64,000 nt of DNA from Caldisericia bacterium (GTDB taxonomy: Bacteria > Caldisericota > Caldisericia > JAAYUI01): positions 1,856,001-1,920,000 of the forward strand of contig OY771555.1 of NCBI GenBank assembly GCA_963674785.1, given 5' to 3'. Below are positions 1-10,068 of this stretch, one piece after another. A program made the position numbers and the translations under genes. The notes below the pieces were generated by a model, which was given only the letters and a program-made list of their open reading frames with translations, had not been told where the DNA came from and made no database searches. How positions within the stretch are numbered: the stretch's first letter is position 1; each line of letters opens with the position of its first letter.

Positions 1-1473
1 AGATTCGCCAAACGATCTCTGGAATTCACCCTCTTTGTTGAAAACCTTTACTATTCCGTCTTCAGCATCAAGAACATAAATATTCCCATCCATACCATAA
101 ACGAGATCAACAGGTTTTAAGAACTGTCCATCCTCAGAACCAAAACTTCCAAAATGGCTAACATACAATCCGCCCTTATTGACTCGTGTCACTCTACCAA
201 ATAAGGTCGAGAGTGTCCATATTTCACCATTAAGCCCTGAAGAAAGCGCATTCATTTCGGGAATTTCGGCATCAAGTTTCAGTGTTTCAAGTTTAGAGCC
301 GCTACAACTATAAAAAACAACTTCATGACTGCTTTTTTTATAACTGATTATCTGTTGGTTTGAATCTGTTGAAAGTGGGACAACAGATTGTTTCGATGCA
401 TCGGTACTTCCTGCGGGACCACCCTCACCAAAAAACTGAATAGAGCCTTTACCAAGATCAAATACTGCCAAACCACCACCGGCACATGCCGCAACCGACT
501 GAGGATCATTAAACTGCATTGGGTCGGCATCGAATTCAGATAGCTCTTTTAACAGTTCGCCCTTATCAGAAAGCATGAAAAATCTCTTGGAATCTACAAA
601 AAATAAGTTTTTACCAGTAGCGACAAAATCTGTCGCGTTGTCAATTACAACACCGACACTTTCAATCAAATTTCCTGATTTTGAATATTTAGCCGACAGA
701 CCATATTGAACTGTGAAGAGGAAAAGATCACCATTTTTGTCAAATCTAATTTTTCCAGCTTTTGGGTTCTTTTCTTCAGTTGCTAAAACATTCACTTCGC
801 CAGTTTTCGTATAGTTGTCATTGAAAAAAGTTATTTTGATCTTGTTTGGTTCGATGTTATCTGGATTGTCTATCTCAGACTCAACAATTGAGAGGATTGC
901 AATATCTCCGTCTCTCGAAACATCAACTGCAGTAATATTTGGAACATCGACACCTATGTTTATTGGTCTTTTAACATATTCGCCATGTGAATCATAGAGG
1001 ACGATTCCCTCACTTCTGTCAGCAACAAGGATTGACAAATCGTTCAATAAAAATGCAGAAATCGGGTTTGAAATATGGCTATTTATACCAGCACCAATTC
1101 TATTAATTATATCTCCACTTGTACTTGCTACGGTAACAAAATCATTTGAAATATAACAAATATTTCCCATTCTAGCAGAAATGGAAGTTTTTATCTCAGT
1201 AGGTAAAACACTTGATGGAAGCTTGAAAGACTTGAAATAATTTCCAGTCGAAAGATAAACTGAGCCGTTTCCTGTTGATCTGTCGATTACATATATTTTG
1301 TCGTTCTCATCGATTCCGATACAACCGGGTTTCATTAGCTGTCCACCAATTGGACCATAACCAATAACACCTGATGATTCATATTCTGAATCAGCAACAA
1401 GCCCAGAAACACCAAAATTTATAAAAGCAAAAATTAGCAAAAATGCAAGCATAAATGCAAGAAATCTTCTCAT
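1..1473 (-). CDS. Secreted NHL-repeat (beta-propeller) protein, truncated by the window edge
   Basis: Not in the ORF track; translated by hand from ATG at 1473 with SD AAGGAGA at 1481-1487. Signal peptide MRRFLAFMLAFLLIFAF; NHL-type repeats such as GQLMKPGCIGIDENDKIYVID and FGSFGSEDGQFLKPVDLVYGMDGNIYVLD; frame stays open to position 1. Confidence 0.8.
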   Translation of the reverse strand, partial: MRRFLAFMLAFLLIFAFINFGVSGLVADSEYESSGVIGYGPIGGQLMKPGCIGIDENDKIYVIDRSTGNGSVYLSTGNYFKSFKLPSSVLPTEIKTSISARMGNICYISNDFVTVASTSGDIINRIGAGINSHISNPISAFLLNDLSILVADRSEGIVLYDSHGEYVKRPINIGVDVPNITAVDVSRDGDIAILSIVESEIDNPDNIEPNKIKITFFNDNYTKTGEVNVLATEEKNPKAGKIRFDKNGDLFLFTVQYGLSAKYSKSGNLIESVGVVIDNATDFVATGKNLFFVDSKRFFMLSDKGELLKELSEFDADPMQFNDPQSVAACAGGGLAVFDLGKGSIQFFGEGGPAGSTDASKQSVVPLSTDSNQQIISYKKSSHEVVFYSCSGSKLETLKLDAEIPEMNALSSGLNGEIWTLSTLFGRVTRVNKGGLYVSHFGSFGSEDGQFLKPVDLVYGMDGNIYVLDAEDGIVKVFNKEGEFQRSFGES

Positions 1474-1558
1474 TAACGATTCTCCTTTGCCACAATCGAT
1501 TGTCGCTTATACAAAAGCATACACTAACTTAGTAGGAATTGTTCAGATTATCAACAAT

Positions 1559-2191
1559 CTATTCAAAACGCCAGGATTGTTTTATGTCAGCCAAATCACC
1601 TAAGTGCGCTGTGCAATTCAATCTCTCCAAGGCAAACTCGCCATCCCAGGAGAAAACACTCATTCCGCAATTATCCATTCCAATAGTTCCTTTATGTTCC
1701 TTGATAGAATAACCCAAAACAAAAGGAACCATTACCCAAAGTATTCCACCATGGGATGATAATAGTATTCTTTCTCCACTATTCTCGTTTACAAGATCCT
1801 TTAAAAAACCAGTAGATCTTTTGAAAACCTCATCGAGTGACTCGCCACCTTCGACCTTATAGTCGTATCTTTCAAGAAATGGACTCCAATGTTGATTATC
1901 CTTTACCTCTGAATATTGTTTACCATCAAAAATTCCACAGGCTCTTTCTCGGATTCTCGAATCAAAGGAAAGTGGAACATCTATGTGCCCATTAATGATT
2001 TCTGCTGTTTCCTTTGCCCTTAAAAGATCAGAGGAAACAATCCTGTCGATTGCAGCTGTTTTCAAAAATTTACCAGCAAGATCTGCTTGAATTCTTCCTG
2101 TCTCTGTAAGTGGAGAGTCATGTGTACCACATATCAGACCATCTCGGTTTCCAACACTTTCACCATGTCTTATAAAAAATATCGTTTTCAT
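1559..2191 (-). CDS. Histidine phosphatase (phosphoglycerate mutase) family protein
   Basis: N-terminal RHGES motif, SSDLLRAKETA, GGES, SHGG. Confidence 0.92.
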   Translation of the reverse strand: MKTIFFIRHGESVGNRDGLICGTHDSPLTETGRIQADLAGKFLKTAAIDRIVSSDLLRAKETAEIINGHIDVPLSFDSRIRERACGIFDGKQYSEVKDNQHWSPFLERYDYKVEGGESLDEVFKRSTGFLKDLVNENSGERILLSSHGGILWVMVPFVLGYSIKEHKGTIGMDNCGMSVFSWDGEFALERLNCTAHLGDLADIKQSWRFE

Positions 2192-2197
2192 AGCTCA

Positions 2198-2225
2198 AAT
2201 CTACAATTTTTTGTCCACAAATCAA
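2198..2225 (-). promoter_or_regulatory. Putative sigma70 promoter, leaderless (TTGATT-16-TAGATT, 6 nt before ATG)
   Basis: Hexamers read on the minus strand; no SD upstream of ATG 2191. Confidence 0.45.
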
Positions 2226-2373
2226 ATCAAAGAAGTTGAGTTGGTTTGAGGGTACCGGTTCAAAAAATCATGATATTACCTTGCATTCACCAGAATTTAA
2301 CTGCCCAAACCTTGCCACATTTAACCTTGCGTGCTTTACTGCGACTAATACTTAAAGGGGGTACTCTCTTATT

Positions 2374-5300
2374 ATGTTGAGTAGTCGCTCATTGGTTGTT
2401 TTAACGTTGGTTGTCGTATTGTGTATCGGTTTCATGCCATTTATGCACACCGGCACAGCAATGCAGGCAAGGTTATCAGGTGTTGAAGTTACTTACTTCA
2501 AGCCAAGTCAGGTTGATACAGCATCAACTATTCATCTTGCGGTTGATATTAATGAATATCTTCCAATTCATAGCTGGATAAAAATTATTTTCCCAGACGA
2601 ATGGACAATGCCTGACGTACCTCTTCCAACAAAGAATATTTCATCTGAAGACAAAAAAGAACTAGATAGAATTGTCACATCAATCTATCTCGGAACGTCA
2701 CCATGTACCTCTTGTCAGGGACTTCCCTATGTCAAAAATGTAGAGCGTGACGGAGAAAACTCTATTCAGTTCTGGACACATCTCGAGCTTAAACCAGATG
2801 GCCCATATGATCCAATTCCGATCATTGTCGCTTCTCGAGCTGGATTCATTAACGCCAAAGAACCTGGTTCATACAAAATTTGTGTCGCCACTGAAGAAGA
2901 ATCAACCCCAGTTTGCTCACAGGATATTCAGGTCGTAAGATCACAAATTGAGGCTGCGGATGTCACACTCTCAAGTGATGCAATTTCTTCAAGTTCAGGC
3001 TACACCATAAAGTTCAATGTTGGTGCCGGCGGATCACTCGATGCCAGAAGGTCAAAGGTAAGAATCCGATTCCCAGAAGGAACACAGCTTCCAGAGTTTA
3101 TTGAACCAACTCACATAAAAGTTAATGGTCAGCCCCTCAGTGTTGATGTAAACATTCATCAACCTTCCGCAACAATGAGTTTTGTCATTCCTGTGGATAT
3201 TACAAGCAATGGTGCAGTCAATATTGAGATTTCTGAACGTGCAGGGATTATCAACCCAGATACAGCTGGTGACTATAACCTCAGCATTTCTACAACTTAC
3301 GAACCAACCGTTGTAGAAAGCAAACCTTTTGCAGTCAAACGAGAGGGTCAAAAACCTGTAATCATCCCACCATACACAAGCCAGAAGGCATCGTATAAGT
3401 TTGCAGTTTTTATTCAGAACACAATTGAAAAAAATGACCTCATCGAAATCGTATTTCCAGCAAAAACAACAATCCCAAGTTTCATGTCAGCCACAAGCGT
3501 TTTGATGAATGGAAATCCATGCCAGCTTAAACCTCGCACAATTCCCGAAGAACATAAGATTCAGCTCTATGCTCCTGAGGCAATGGAAAAGGGAAGCATT
3601 ATGGTTGAATTCCTCAAAGAAGCAAAGATTGTCAACCCAGACACAGCAGGTGAATATACGATATCATTCAAAGATCAGGCATCCACAGAATATATCACAA
3701 CCGACCCATTCCAGATTCTTATCAAAAAAACAGAGATCACCGATGTAAAAGTTGTTCCATTTAATGCCGATATCACAGCAACATGGGAAATAAAAGGAAG
3801 CACATCATTCACAGGCGACATCGAACCAGGAGATGACTTTGCTGTCGAATTCCCCGCAGAAACAACGCTTCCAAAATCAATTGGAGCAGGGTCAATCACA
3901 CTTAACGGTGAAGAAGTAAAAAATATCACAATCGAAGGCAAAAAAGTTATCCTAACATCTCCAGTAAAGATTCTTTCTGGCGAAGAGTTTATCATCGTAA
4001 TTAAACCAGAGTCAGGAATCGTTAATCCTTCAAAAACCTCATCCACATATAAGCTCAAGGTAACAACATCAAAGGACAAAACAGGTGGAGAGTCAGTTGA
4101 ATTCTTTATTGCCCCACCACTTCCAAAGACGACACTCCTCATCAATCCACCAAAACCAGATGGAAAAAACGGTTGGTATATTAAAGCTCCTGCAATCGAC
4201 TTTGAATGCACATCTGAAACTGCATCAATCTATATGTGGTGGAACTGGAAAAAAGATCAGGCTATCGCATGGTCGTCAGATGGATGGCTTCCAATGGCGG
4301 ACGAACAGCGTGTTGATACCCTCTATTATTATGCCGAAGACACATATGGAATTGAAGAACTTCAAGAGTTTGAGTTCAAAATCGACACTGTTGCCCCAAC
4401 ATTTACAATCACAAAACCTATTGGTGGTCAGTCAGATGACACCGTTGAAGACACATACATCATCGAAGGAACAGCTGATGCAACAGAACTCTTCAGATAT
4501 GACGACAATGAAAAATCAAGCAAGGTTGTCCCAACAATAACAATCAATGGTGAGAAAGCAGATGTAATCCAGCCACCAGAGTTTGGTCTTGATGAAACAA
4601 CCGAAGGAGAAGGAAACTTCAAATTCGAGGTCAAAATCGAAGAGGGTTTAAACGAATTTGTCATCAGAGCAGAAGATGAAGCCGGAAACTTCCTTGAAAA
4701 AACAATTGAAATTAAAAAAGACACAATCGCCCCAACAGTCGAAATCACATCTCCTGAACCGGGATTCGCAAACAACACTGACGAGATTGAAATCAAAGGA
4801 ACAACAGAACCAGGTGCAATCCTTACTATCGACGGTGACTTCGTTGATGTAAATCAGGATGGCACATTCACATATGACTACATCGTTTATGATCTCAAAA
4901 AGATTCGTCATGACCTTAAGTATAAAGTTGAAGATATTGCCGGAAACACCGAAGGTGAAAAGACATTTACCGTTTGGTTTGGAACATATGCAGAAATTCC
5001 AACAACAGGGACTCTACCATCTATCAATGGCATAAATGGCGAAGATGAGCACAAAGCATATATAAGTACTAGCGGCAAAACAATGGTACCTTTCCGATAT
5101 CTCGCAGTTAATCTCATGGGAGCCGAAGTTGACTGGGAAGGCGCAACAAGAACTGCATCGATTAAAAGTACAAACCCAACATTTGAGATATATCACGTAA
5201 TCGGAACAAAGTTCTTCACCAAAATTGTTAATGGAGTTGAGACTAAAATAGATCTTCCAGCGGCATCTGAGATCAAAAACGGTAGAACCTACCTTCCAAT

Positions 5301-5394
5301 GAGAGAATTTATTGAAGGTGGACTTGGTGTTAAGGTTGGATGGGATGCAGAAACAAGAACTGCAATCCTTGAGGTTCCAGGAAAAGTTAACTAG
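2374..5394 (+). CDS. Large secreted/surface protein with repeated Ig-like domains and a C-terminal copper-amine-oxidase N-terminal-like domain
   Basis: Signal peptide; about four internal repeats (FPxxTxLP...I.VNG...GI.NP..AG.Y); DTVAP/DTIAP Ig repeats; C-terminal GKTMVPFRY and NGRTYLPMREF...VGWDAETRTA. Confidence 0.8.
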   Translation: MLSSRSLVVLTLVVVLCIGFMPFMHTGTAMQARLSGVEVTYFKPSQVDTASTIHLAVDINEYLPIHSWIKIIFPDEWTMPDVPLPTKNISSEDKKELDRIVTSIYLGTSPCTSCQGLPYVKNVERDGENSIQFWTHLELKPDGPYDPIPIIVASRAGFINAKEPGSYKICVATEEESTPVCSQDIQVVRSQIEAADVTLSSDAISSSSGYTIKFNVGAGGSLDARRSKVRIRFPEGTQLPEFIEPTHIKVNGQPLSVDVNIHQPSATMSFVIPVDITSNGAVNIEISERAGIINPDTAGDYNLSISTTYEPTVVESKPFAVKREGQKPVIIPPYTSQKASYKFAVFIQNTIEKNDLIEIVFPAKTTIPSFMSATSVLMNGNPCQLKPRTIPEEHKIQLYAPEAMEKGSIMVEFLKEAKIVNPDTAGEYTISFKDQASTEYITTDPFQILIKKTEITDVKVVPFNADITATWEIKGSTSFTGDIEPGDDFAVEFPAETTLPKSIGAGSITLNGEEVKNITIEGKKVILTSPVKILSGEEFIIVIKPESGIVNPSKTSSTYKLKVTTSKDKTGGESVEFFIAPPLPKTTLLINPPKPDGKNGWYIKAPAIDFECTSETASIYMWWNWKKDQAIAWSSDGWLPMADEQRVDTLYYYAEDTYGIEELQEFEFKIDTVAPTFTITKPIGGQSDDTVEDTYIIEGTADATELFRYDDNEKSSKVVPTITINGEKADVIQPPEFGLDETTEGEGNFKFEVKIEEGLNEFVIRAEDEAGNFLEKTIEIKKDTIAPTVEITSPEPGFANNTDEIEIKGTTEPGAILTIDGDFVDVNQDGTFTYDYIVYDLKKIRHDLKYKVEDIAGNTEGEKTFTVWFGTYAEIPTTGTLPSINGINGEDEHKAYISTSGKTMVPFRYLAVNLMGAEVDWEGATRTASIKSTNPTFEIYHVIGTKFFTKIVNGVETKIDLPAASEIKNGRTYLPMREFIEGGLGVKVGWDAETRTAILEVPGKVN

Positions 5395-5744
5395 ATAGAA
5401 ATACTATCAAACAGAATCACAACCGCTCCGGCGGTTGTGTCTGTATGAGAAACTGTTACTAAAACCGGTGACTCTACTCCTCGAAAGAGGATAAAGGGTT
5501 CACCGGTTTTTTTATGTCTAAGTTCAATATCCTTCCAGGAAATATTGTTTGATAATCCAGTGCCAATAGCTTTTAAAAAAGCCTCTTTGGCTGCAAAACA
5601 TCCAGCAAAATGAATCTCTGGTTTGAGATTATCCATTACATATTCAATCTCAGATTTGTTGAAAATCCGCTCAATTAGAGATTTTTTCACATCTTTGAAT
5701 CTTTTTACTTCGACTAAATCAAAACCAATTCCTGCTATGGACAA
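5391..5744 (-). CDS. acpS: Holo-[acyl-carrier-protein] synthase
   Basis: GIGFDLVEV, FAAKEAFLKAIGTG, VSHT motifs; TTG start with SD AGGAG. Confidence 0.93.
   Translation of the reverse strand: MSIAGIGFDLVEVKRFKDVKKSLIERIFNKSEIEYVMDNLKPEIHFAGCFAAKEAFLKAIGTGLSNNISWKDIELRHKKTGEPFILFRGVESPVLVTVSHTDTTAGAVVILFDSISI
5461..5513 (+). terminator. Hairpin with U-tract embedded antisense in acpS; probable terminator for the 2374-5394 gene
   Basis: AAAACCGGTGA/TCACCGGTTTT outer stem, TCCTC-GAAA-GAGGA apical stem, ending in a T7 run. Confidence 0.5.
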
Positions 5745-5785
5745 ATTGTTCTCCTGATGTAGAATGTAACTAGGAATAATACTAT

Positions 5786-6229
5786 ATGTTGTGTGAGATT
5801 TGTAAAGAACGAGAAGCGACAGCGAGATATGTAAAGGTAGTTGGAACAGACAACGTTTTAGACCTACACATATGTAAACATTGTGCCGACAAACTTCTGA
5901 AATCAGATGCTCCAGACATCGATAATTCCAAGAATAAACGGAAGGAAAAGGGTGTGAGATTTAACTTGAGTGATTCAAAATTCTGCCCATCATGTGGAAG
6001 AACGCTTAGGGATTTTGTCGAAAACGACTATCTAGGTTGTGGCGATTGTTTCGATAGTTTCAGGGCATATCTTGGTGCTATCTCAAAACTTTTTCAATCA
6101 GATGAAGAAGCTGAGCAATCACTTACCGAACTAAAAGAATCCCTTAAAAAAGCAGTGACCGAAGAAAGATTTGAAGAGGCTGCTCTTATTCGAGACAAGA
6201 TAAAAAGGCTTTTATCAAAAAAGAATTAA
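5786..6229 (+). CDS. mcsA: McsA-like protein (four CxxC motifs plus C-terminal UVR domain)
   Basis: MLCEIC...HICKHCA...CPSCG...LGCGDCF...LKKAVTEERFEEAALIRDKIK. Confidence 0.85.
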   Translation: MLCEICKEREATARYVKVVGTDNVLDLHICKHCADKLLKSDAPDIDNSKNKRKEKGVRFNLSDSKFCPSCGRTLRDFVENDYLGCGDCFDSFRAYLGAISKLFQSDEEAEQSLTELKESLKKAVTEERFEEAALIRDKIKRLLSKKN

Positions 6230-6255
6230 ATTAATTGATTTGATTCAATACCAAT

Positions 6256-6288
6256 AAAAAAGGGGCTGGATTAACCAGCCCCTTTTTT
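6256..6288. terminator. Bidirectional rho-independent terminator
   Basis: AAAAAAGGGGCTGG-ATTAA-CCAGCCCCTTTTTT between convergent genes. Confidence 0.92.
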
Positions 6289-6294
6289 ATTTTC

Positions 6295-9200
6295 TTACCA
6301 ACTTGGTATTGATGAGAACTCTACATCAAATGTTGAGTTTTCTTCTGTAACAGTACATCCCTGGCAGAGCAGATAATATGGTCCTTTTTCAGGAATCTTA
6401 AGGAGAATCCTCTCATCAGATGATGGTGATGTTGATGCCCCAATTCTTTCATCCTTATCAATCTTACCATCGTTATTCTTATCCTGGTAAAGGAAGATAT
6501 CCAAATCTAGCGATGCAGTTTTGGACGATGTTTTTATGAGGAAATAATCCAACTCATCAGCAACTGTAAATGGACCAAATGTCCAAGATACACCTTTGAG
6601 TGGATCAGGCTGATCCTGGAATACTGGTTGATCCAGAAATTTATTTGTCGGCAAAATCTCAATATCAACAGAATCAGTAACCTCCCTTACAAAATCATTG
6701 AAAACCACACCAGCCTTCAAATAAAGCTTTTTGATTCCGGGTTTTGGAGGTCCACCCATTCCAGTTTTAAGGATATAATCTTCACCAAAATCAAACATGT
6801 TACCTTCATCCCATCCCCACATCAGATAAACAATTGGGGAGGTAGATTTTGGATTCATATCAAGCTTGAATGATTCACCCGATTTAACTTTGATGATTTC
6901 TTCGGGAAGCCCAAAGTCAAAAGAAAACTCAGGAAATTCGACTCTTGCCTTCAGCGTGATTTCTTTCCAGGAAAGATTAGACCTGTTCGTCAAAACAAAT
7001 TTATCACTTTTACCAAGGTAGAAATCTGAATCCGATGTAATTCCATACTCTGAACTTCCAACAGAAAGCATCGTTTGAGTTTCAGCAACAATATGTTTGT
7101 AATCCTCGACTCCACGATAACCATAGTTCTCAGCAAGGAAGCTGCCCAGCCTGTAACCAAAACTTGAAATTCTGTTTGGTGGTCTCAGATATTCCTTTGT
7201 TTGTGAAACCTCAATCTTGTATCCATCTCCATCATCCATCTCATTCAAGGTTTTGGCTTTCTTAGGGGCAGCTCCTGGAACATAAAGATTAACGCTGCAA
7301 TCTTCACCCTCTTTAACAACAAATCTCGATAAACCAGTTGAACCATAAGGGGATACACAATCGATTATGTAGTATGGCTCATAACCAAGATCAATCATGC
7401 AAACGCCATCAGCATTTGTATAATCCCAATAGCTCAAGCTATTCCTGGCATTCCAGCCAGACCTGACAAGAAGCATTGCCCCTTCAACCGGGTTGCCGTT
7501 TACATCAAAAACATTGAAAGTAACATTTGAGACATCTGTATAACCAGCATCAAGAATAAAGTCCTGTTCTTCATAGTCGCCACCATGGACAGTTGCAGTT
7601 GTTGGGAAGAAATAATCATCTCCACGCCAACCCCAGACTGTGGACACAGTTTTTTTCCAACCAGTTTCGTAAACTCTTGGATTATCAATTGGATTATCAC
7701 CGAAGTTCAAATCAAAATGTGTCCATCCTTGAGGCAACCAAACCTCATTCCATTGGTGATCTTCGCCAGCATTAACGACAATGTAATTTGGAATAAGGAC
7801 GGTTCTTGCGCATGATGCAAAGAGCTGCGACTGTTCACCACAAGAACCATAGTGTTTTTTATAGATATGCCAAGGATAAAGGTCACCTGTCAGATAACCA
7901 AAAATATTATGTGTTTCTTTTCCATGCTTTAGAAGTGAGTGTAAACTGAAAATAGCATCATCGAGAGTTACTTGGTTTTTTGTGGCATCGATGACTGTGT
8001 TTCCAAATGAGTTATCTTCAAACAAACCCTCTCTCCAAAACTCTCTTTTCTCTCCCTCATAAAATGTCTCAGGATCAATAGAATGCTTCCACCAATCCTC
8101 CTGGCTCATTTCTCTTTCTTCATAAGAAATCTCCCACCAGGATGCGTCAACTGCAACAGGGAGTTCATAGAGGGTGCGAGGATGAACAACATACCAATAG
8201 TAATCTTCTTTTGGTAGAACTACCTCACCTTTGTTTGTGTGGTAGACACATTTTGTGTAATCGAGTTCATCAATAAGCTCAACGTAGTCGAGTTCGGTAT
8301 CGGCTTTGTAAACCATCTGAGCATTTCGTTTAAAGATATCAGCTTGTCCCATTCTCGCCATGGTTCTGAGGATCTCTGATGATGTGTGGGCAACACAAAA
8401 TGCTGTCTCATCGATTATCTGTTTTGGGCACGACATTAGCAAATCAACATATTTTTTTACTGACTCAATATCGTCATTCCATTTGAAAAGCGGGGCGTCG
8501 CGGTAGTATCTTTTGTAATAATCCTGAATTTCATAATAGGGGTACCCTGGAGTAAACGACCAGGAGTTATATTCCTGCCAGCCATCGGGTGTTGCTTTGT
8601 AAGTGAATGTCTCACCAAAAACATTCGTTATGACCAAATCATCTCTGCCATCGCCATCAAAATCTGTGAAACTTGGATACGAAAAATCACCCACATCAAT
8701 TGTGCTCAGGATATCAGCTTTATGCCAATCTGGAGCAAGGAAAACCTGGAGAGTTCCCTCATCAGAACCAAGGATGATGTCGTTTTTCTCATCACCATTT
8801 GCATCACCGATAGCTGGATAAAAAAGCTTTCCTTCAAGCTCAGGAATCTCTATCGCCATCTCTTCAAAAGAACTTCCTTCGAAAACTGAAACCCCACCAT
8901 TTTGAATAGTTATAAACTCTGGTATATTGTCTGCAGTGATGTCACCAACTGCAATTGTTGTTTCTGTCCAAAGATTGAGTTTTTCTTTTTTGTTCCAGTT
9001 TGGCCCATATGCAACAAAAACGCCGTCTAAATCTGACCAAACTAAATCAGCAACATTATCTAGGGAGAAATCGATCATCTGTGGGCAGACTTTATTGCCA
9101 AACTCGAGGTCGAGTTTTTCATACACGTTAATAAAACTCCCATGTTCATTCTTTTCAAGAATCTGAATCCCACTATCAAATGTTCCCACATAAAGTTTGT

Positions 9201-10068
9201 CATCGTGGAAGGTAAGGTGAGATTCTCCATCAAAGTTGGGAACAATTGTCATTGAATCAGATTTGAAAATCTGAGGTTTATCATCAATTACTCTGAAATA
9301 TCTTATGTCTGACTCTGCATCAACAAACAGAAGACCTTTTGATGAAAGAGAAGCAAAACAGTTCGGATAATCATAAATAAACTCAGATTTATCAATCGCT
9401 TTAATCTCATCATCGTCATTTAAAAATGAAATTCCTGAAACCATTGGAGAAATTTCATATGTATCAGAGAGCTTTGGGTTAGTAAGTGGATAAAGCTGTT
9501 TTCTTCCCCATTCACTCTTGATTCCATCTCCCTCGTTTGAAATCGCAAACGAAGGGCCAGATAACCAATACCATCCACCACTTTCAGGACAAACGATAAG
9601 GTCTGAAAAGTTATCATAATTCAAATCAGCAAACGAGAGTTTTGCATTTTTATCGATATTTTTTGGGAGAATGTCAAGTTTATCCGTTGTATTAAGATCA
9701 ATGATTATTGGATGGTCATCAAAACCTGAAATAATCATCGCTTCCATATCTTCTGGAAGAAGAGTGAAAGCCTGTACATAGGCACCTTCAGGTAATCTTT
9801 CTGCGGATTTTGAAAGGCTTTTGAGATTGAGGTATAGATCAGTTCTCAGCCATTCAGGAATTTTGGTCATAAGCTGATCGAATCCCTGAATATTATTATC
9901 AGTGTTGAAAATACCATTTTCAAATGATACTTCAACACTTTCACCTGGAGGTATCAAAACAGTAATTTCTGTTTCATACCAGTTCTCCTCAGAGGAGAAG
10001 GAGGTAACGGGCAGAACTGTGAAGAGGAAAACAAAAAGTGTAGAAAACACAAGCAATTTCTTTATCAT
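6295..10068 (-). CDS. Secreted FG-GAP repeat protein with a transglutaminase-like domain
   Basis: Signal peptide; FG-GAP/Ca-binding repeats (GDANGDEKNDIILG, DFDGDGRDDLVI); GSCGEQ...EDHQWNEVW..GWTHFD Cys-His-Asp triad; C-terminal DLDIFLY domain. Confidence 0.75.
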   Translation of the reverse strand: MIKKLLVFSTLFVFLFTVLPVTSFSSEENWYETEITVLIPPGESVEVSFENGIFNTDNNIQGFDQLMTKIPEWLRTDLYLNLKSLSKSAERLPEGAYVQAFTLLPEDMEAMIISGFDDHPIIIDLNTTDKLDILPKNIDKNAKLSFADLNYDNFSDLIVCPESGGWYWLSGPSFAISNEGDGIKSEWGRKQLYPLTNPKLSDTYEISPMVSGISFLNDDDEIKAIDKSEFIYDYPNCFASLSSKGLLFVDAESDIRYFRVIDDKPQIFKSDSMTIVPNFDGESHLTFHDDKLYVGTFDSGIQILEKNEHGSFINVYEKLDLEFGNKVCPQMIDFSLDNVADLVWSDLDGVFVAYGPNWNKKEKLNLWTETTIAVGDITADNIPEFITIQNGGVSVFEGSSFEEMAIEIPELEGKLFYPAIGDANGDEKNDIILGSDEGTLQVFLAPDWHKADILSTIDVGDFSYPSFTDFDGDGRDDLVITNVFGETFTYKATPDGWQEYNSWSFTPGYPYYEIQDYYKRYYRDAPLFKWNDDIESVKKYVDLLMSCPKQIIDETAFCVAHTSSEILRTMARMGQADIFKRNAQMVYKADTELDYVELIDELDYTKCVYHTNKGEVVLPKEDYYWYVVHPRTLYELPVAVDASWWEISYEEREMSQEDWWKHSIDPETFYEGEKREFWREGLFEDNSFGNTVIDATKNQVTLDDAIFSLHSLLKHGKETHNIFGYLTGDLYPWHIYKKHYGSCGEQSQLFASCARTVLIPNYIVVNAGEDHQWNEVWLPQGWTHFDLNFGDNPIDNPRVYETGWKKTVSTVWGWRGDDYFFPTTATVHGGDYEEQDFILDAGYTDVSNVTFNVFDVNGNPVEGAMLLVRSGWNARNSLSYWDYTNADGVCMIDLGYEPYYIIDCVSPYGSTGLSRFVVKEGEDCSVNLYVPGAAPKKAKTLNEMDDGDGYKIEVSQTKEYLRPPNRISSFGYRLGSFLAENYGYRGVEDYKHIVAETQTMLSVGSSEYGITSDSDFYLGKSDKFVLTNRSNLSWKEITLKARVEFPEFSFDFGLPEEIIKVKSGESFKLDMNPKSTSPIVYLMWGWDEGNMFDFGEDYILKTGMGGPPKPGIKKLYLKAGVVFNDFVREVTDSVDIEILPTNKFLDQPVFQDQPDPLKGVSWTFGPFTVADELDYFLIKTSSKTASLDLDIFLYQDKNNDGKIDKDERIGASTSPSSDERILLKIPEKGPYYLLCQGCTVTEENSTFDVEFSSIPSW

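Noticed and set aside
1489-1506. Palindrome GC-C-ACAATCGATTGT-C-GC next to the SD of the NHL-repeat gene
   Set aside because: Single short palindrome with no second copy or cognate regulator in view; chance cannot be excluded
2358-2385. dif-like half site ATTATGTTGA
   Set aside because: No XerC-type arm at the proper spacing, and it coincides with a start codon
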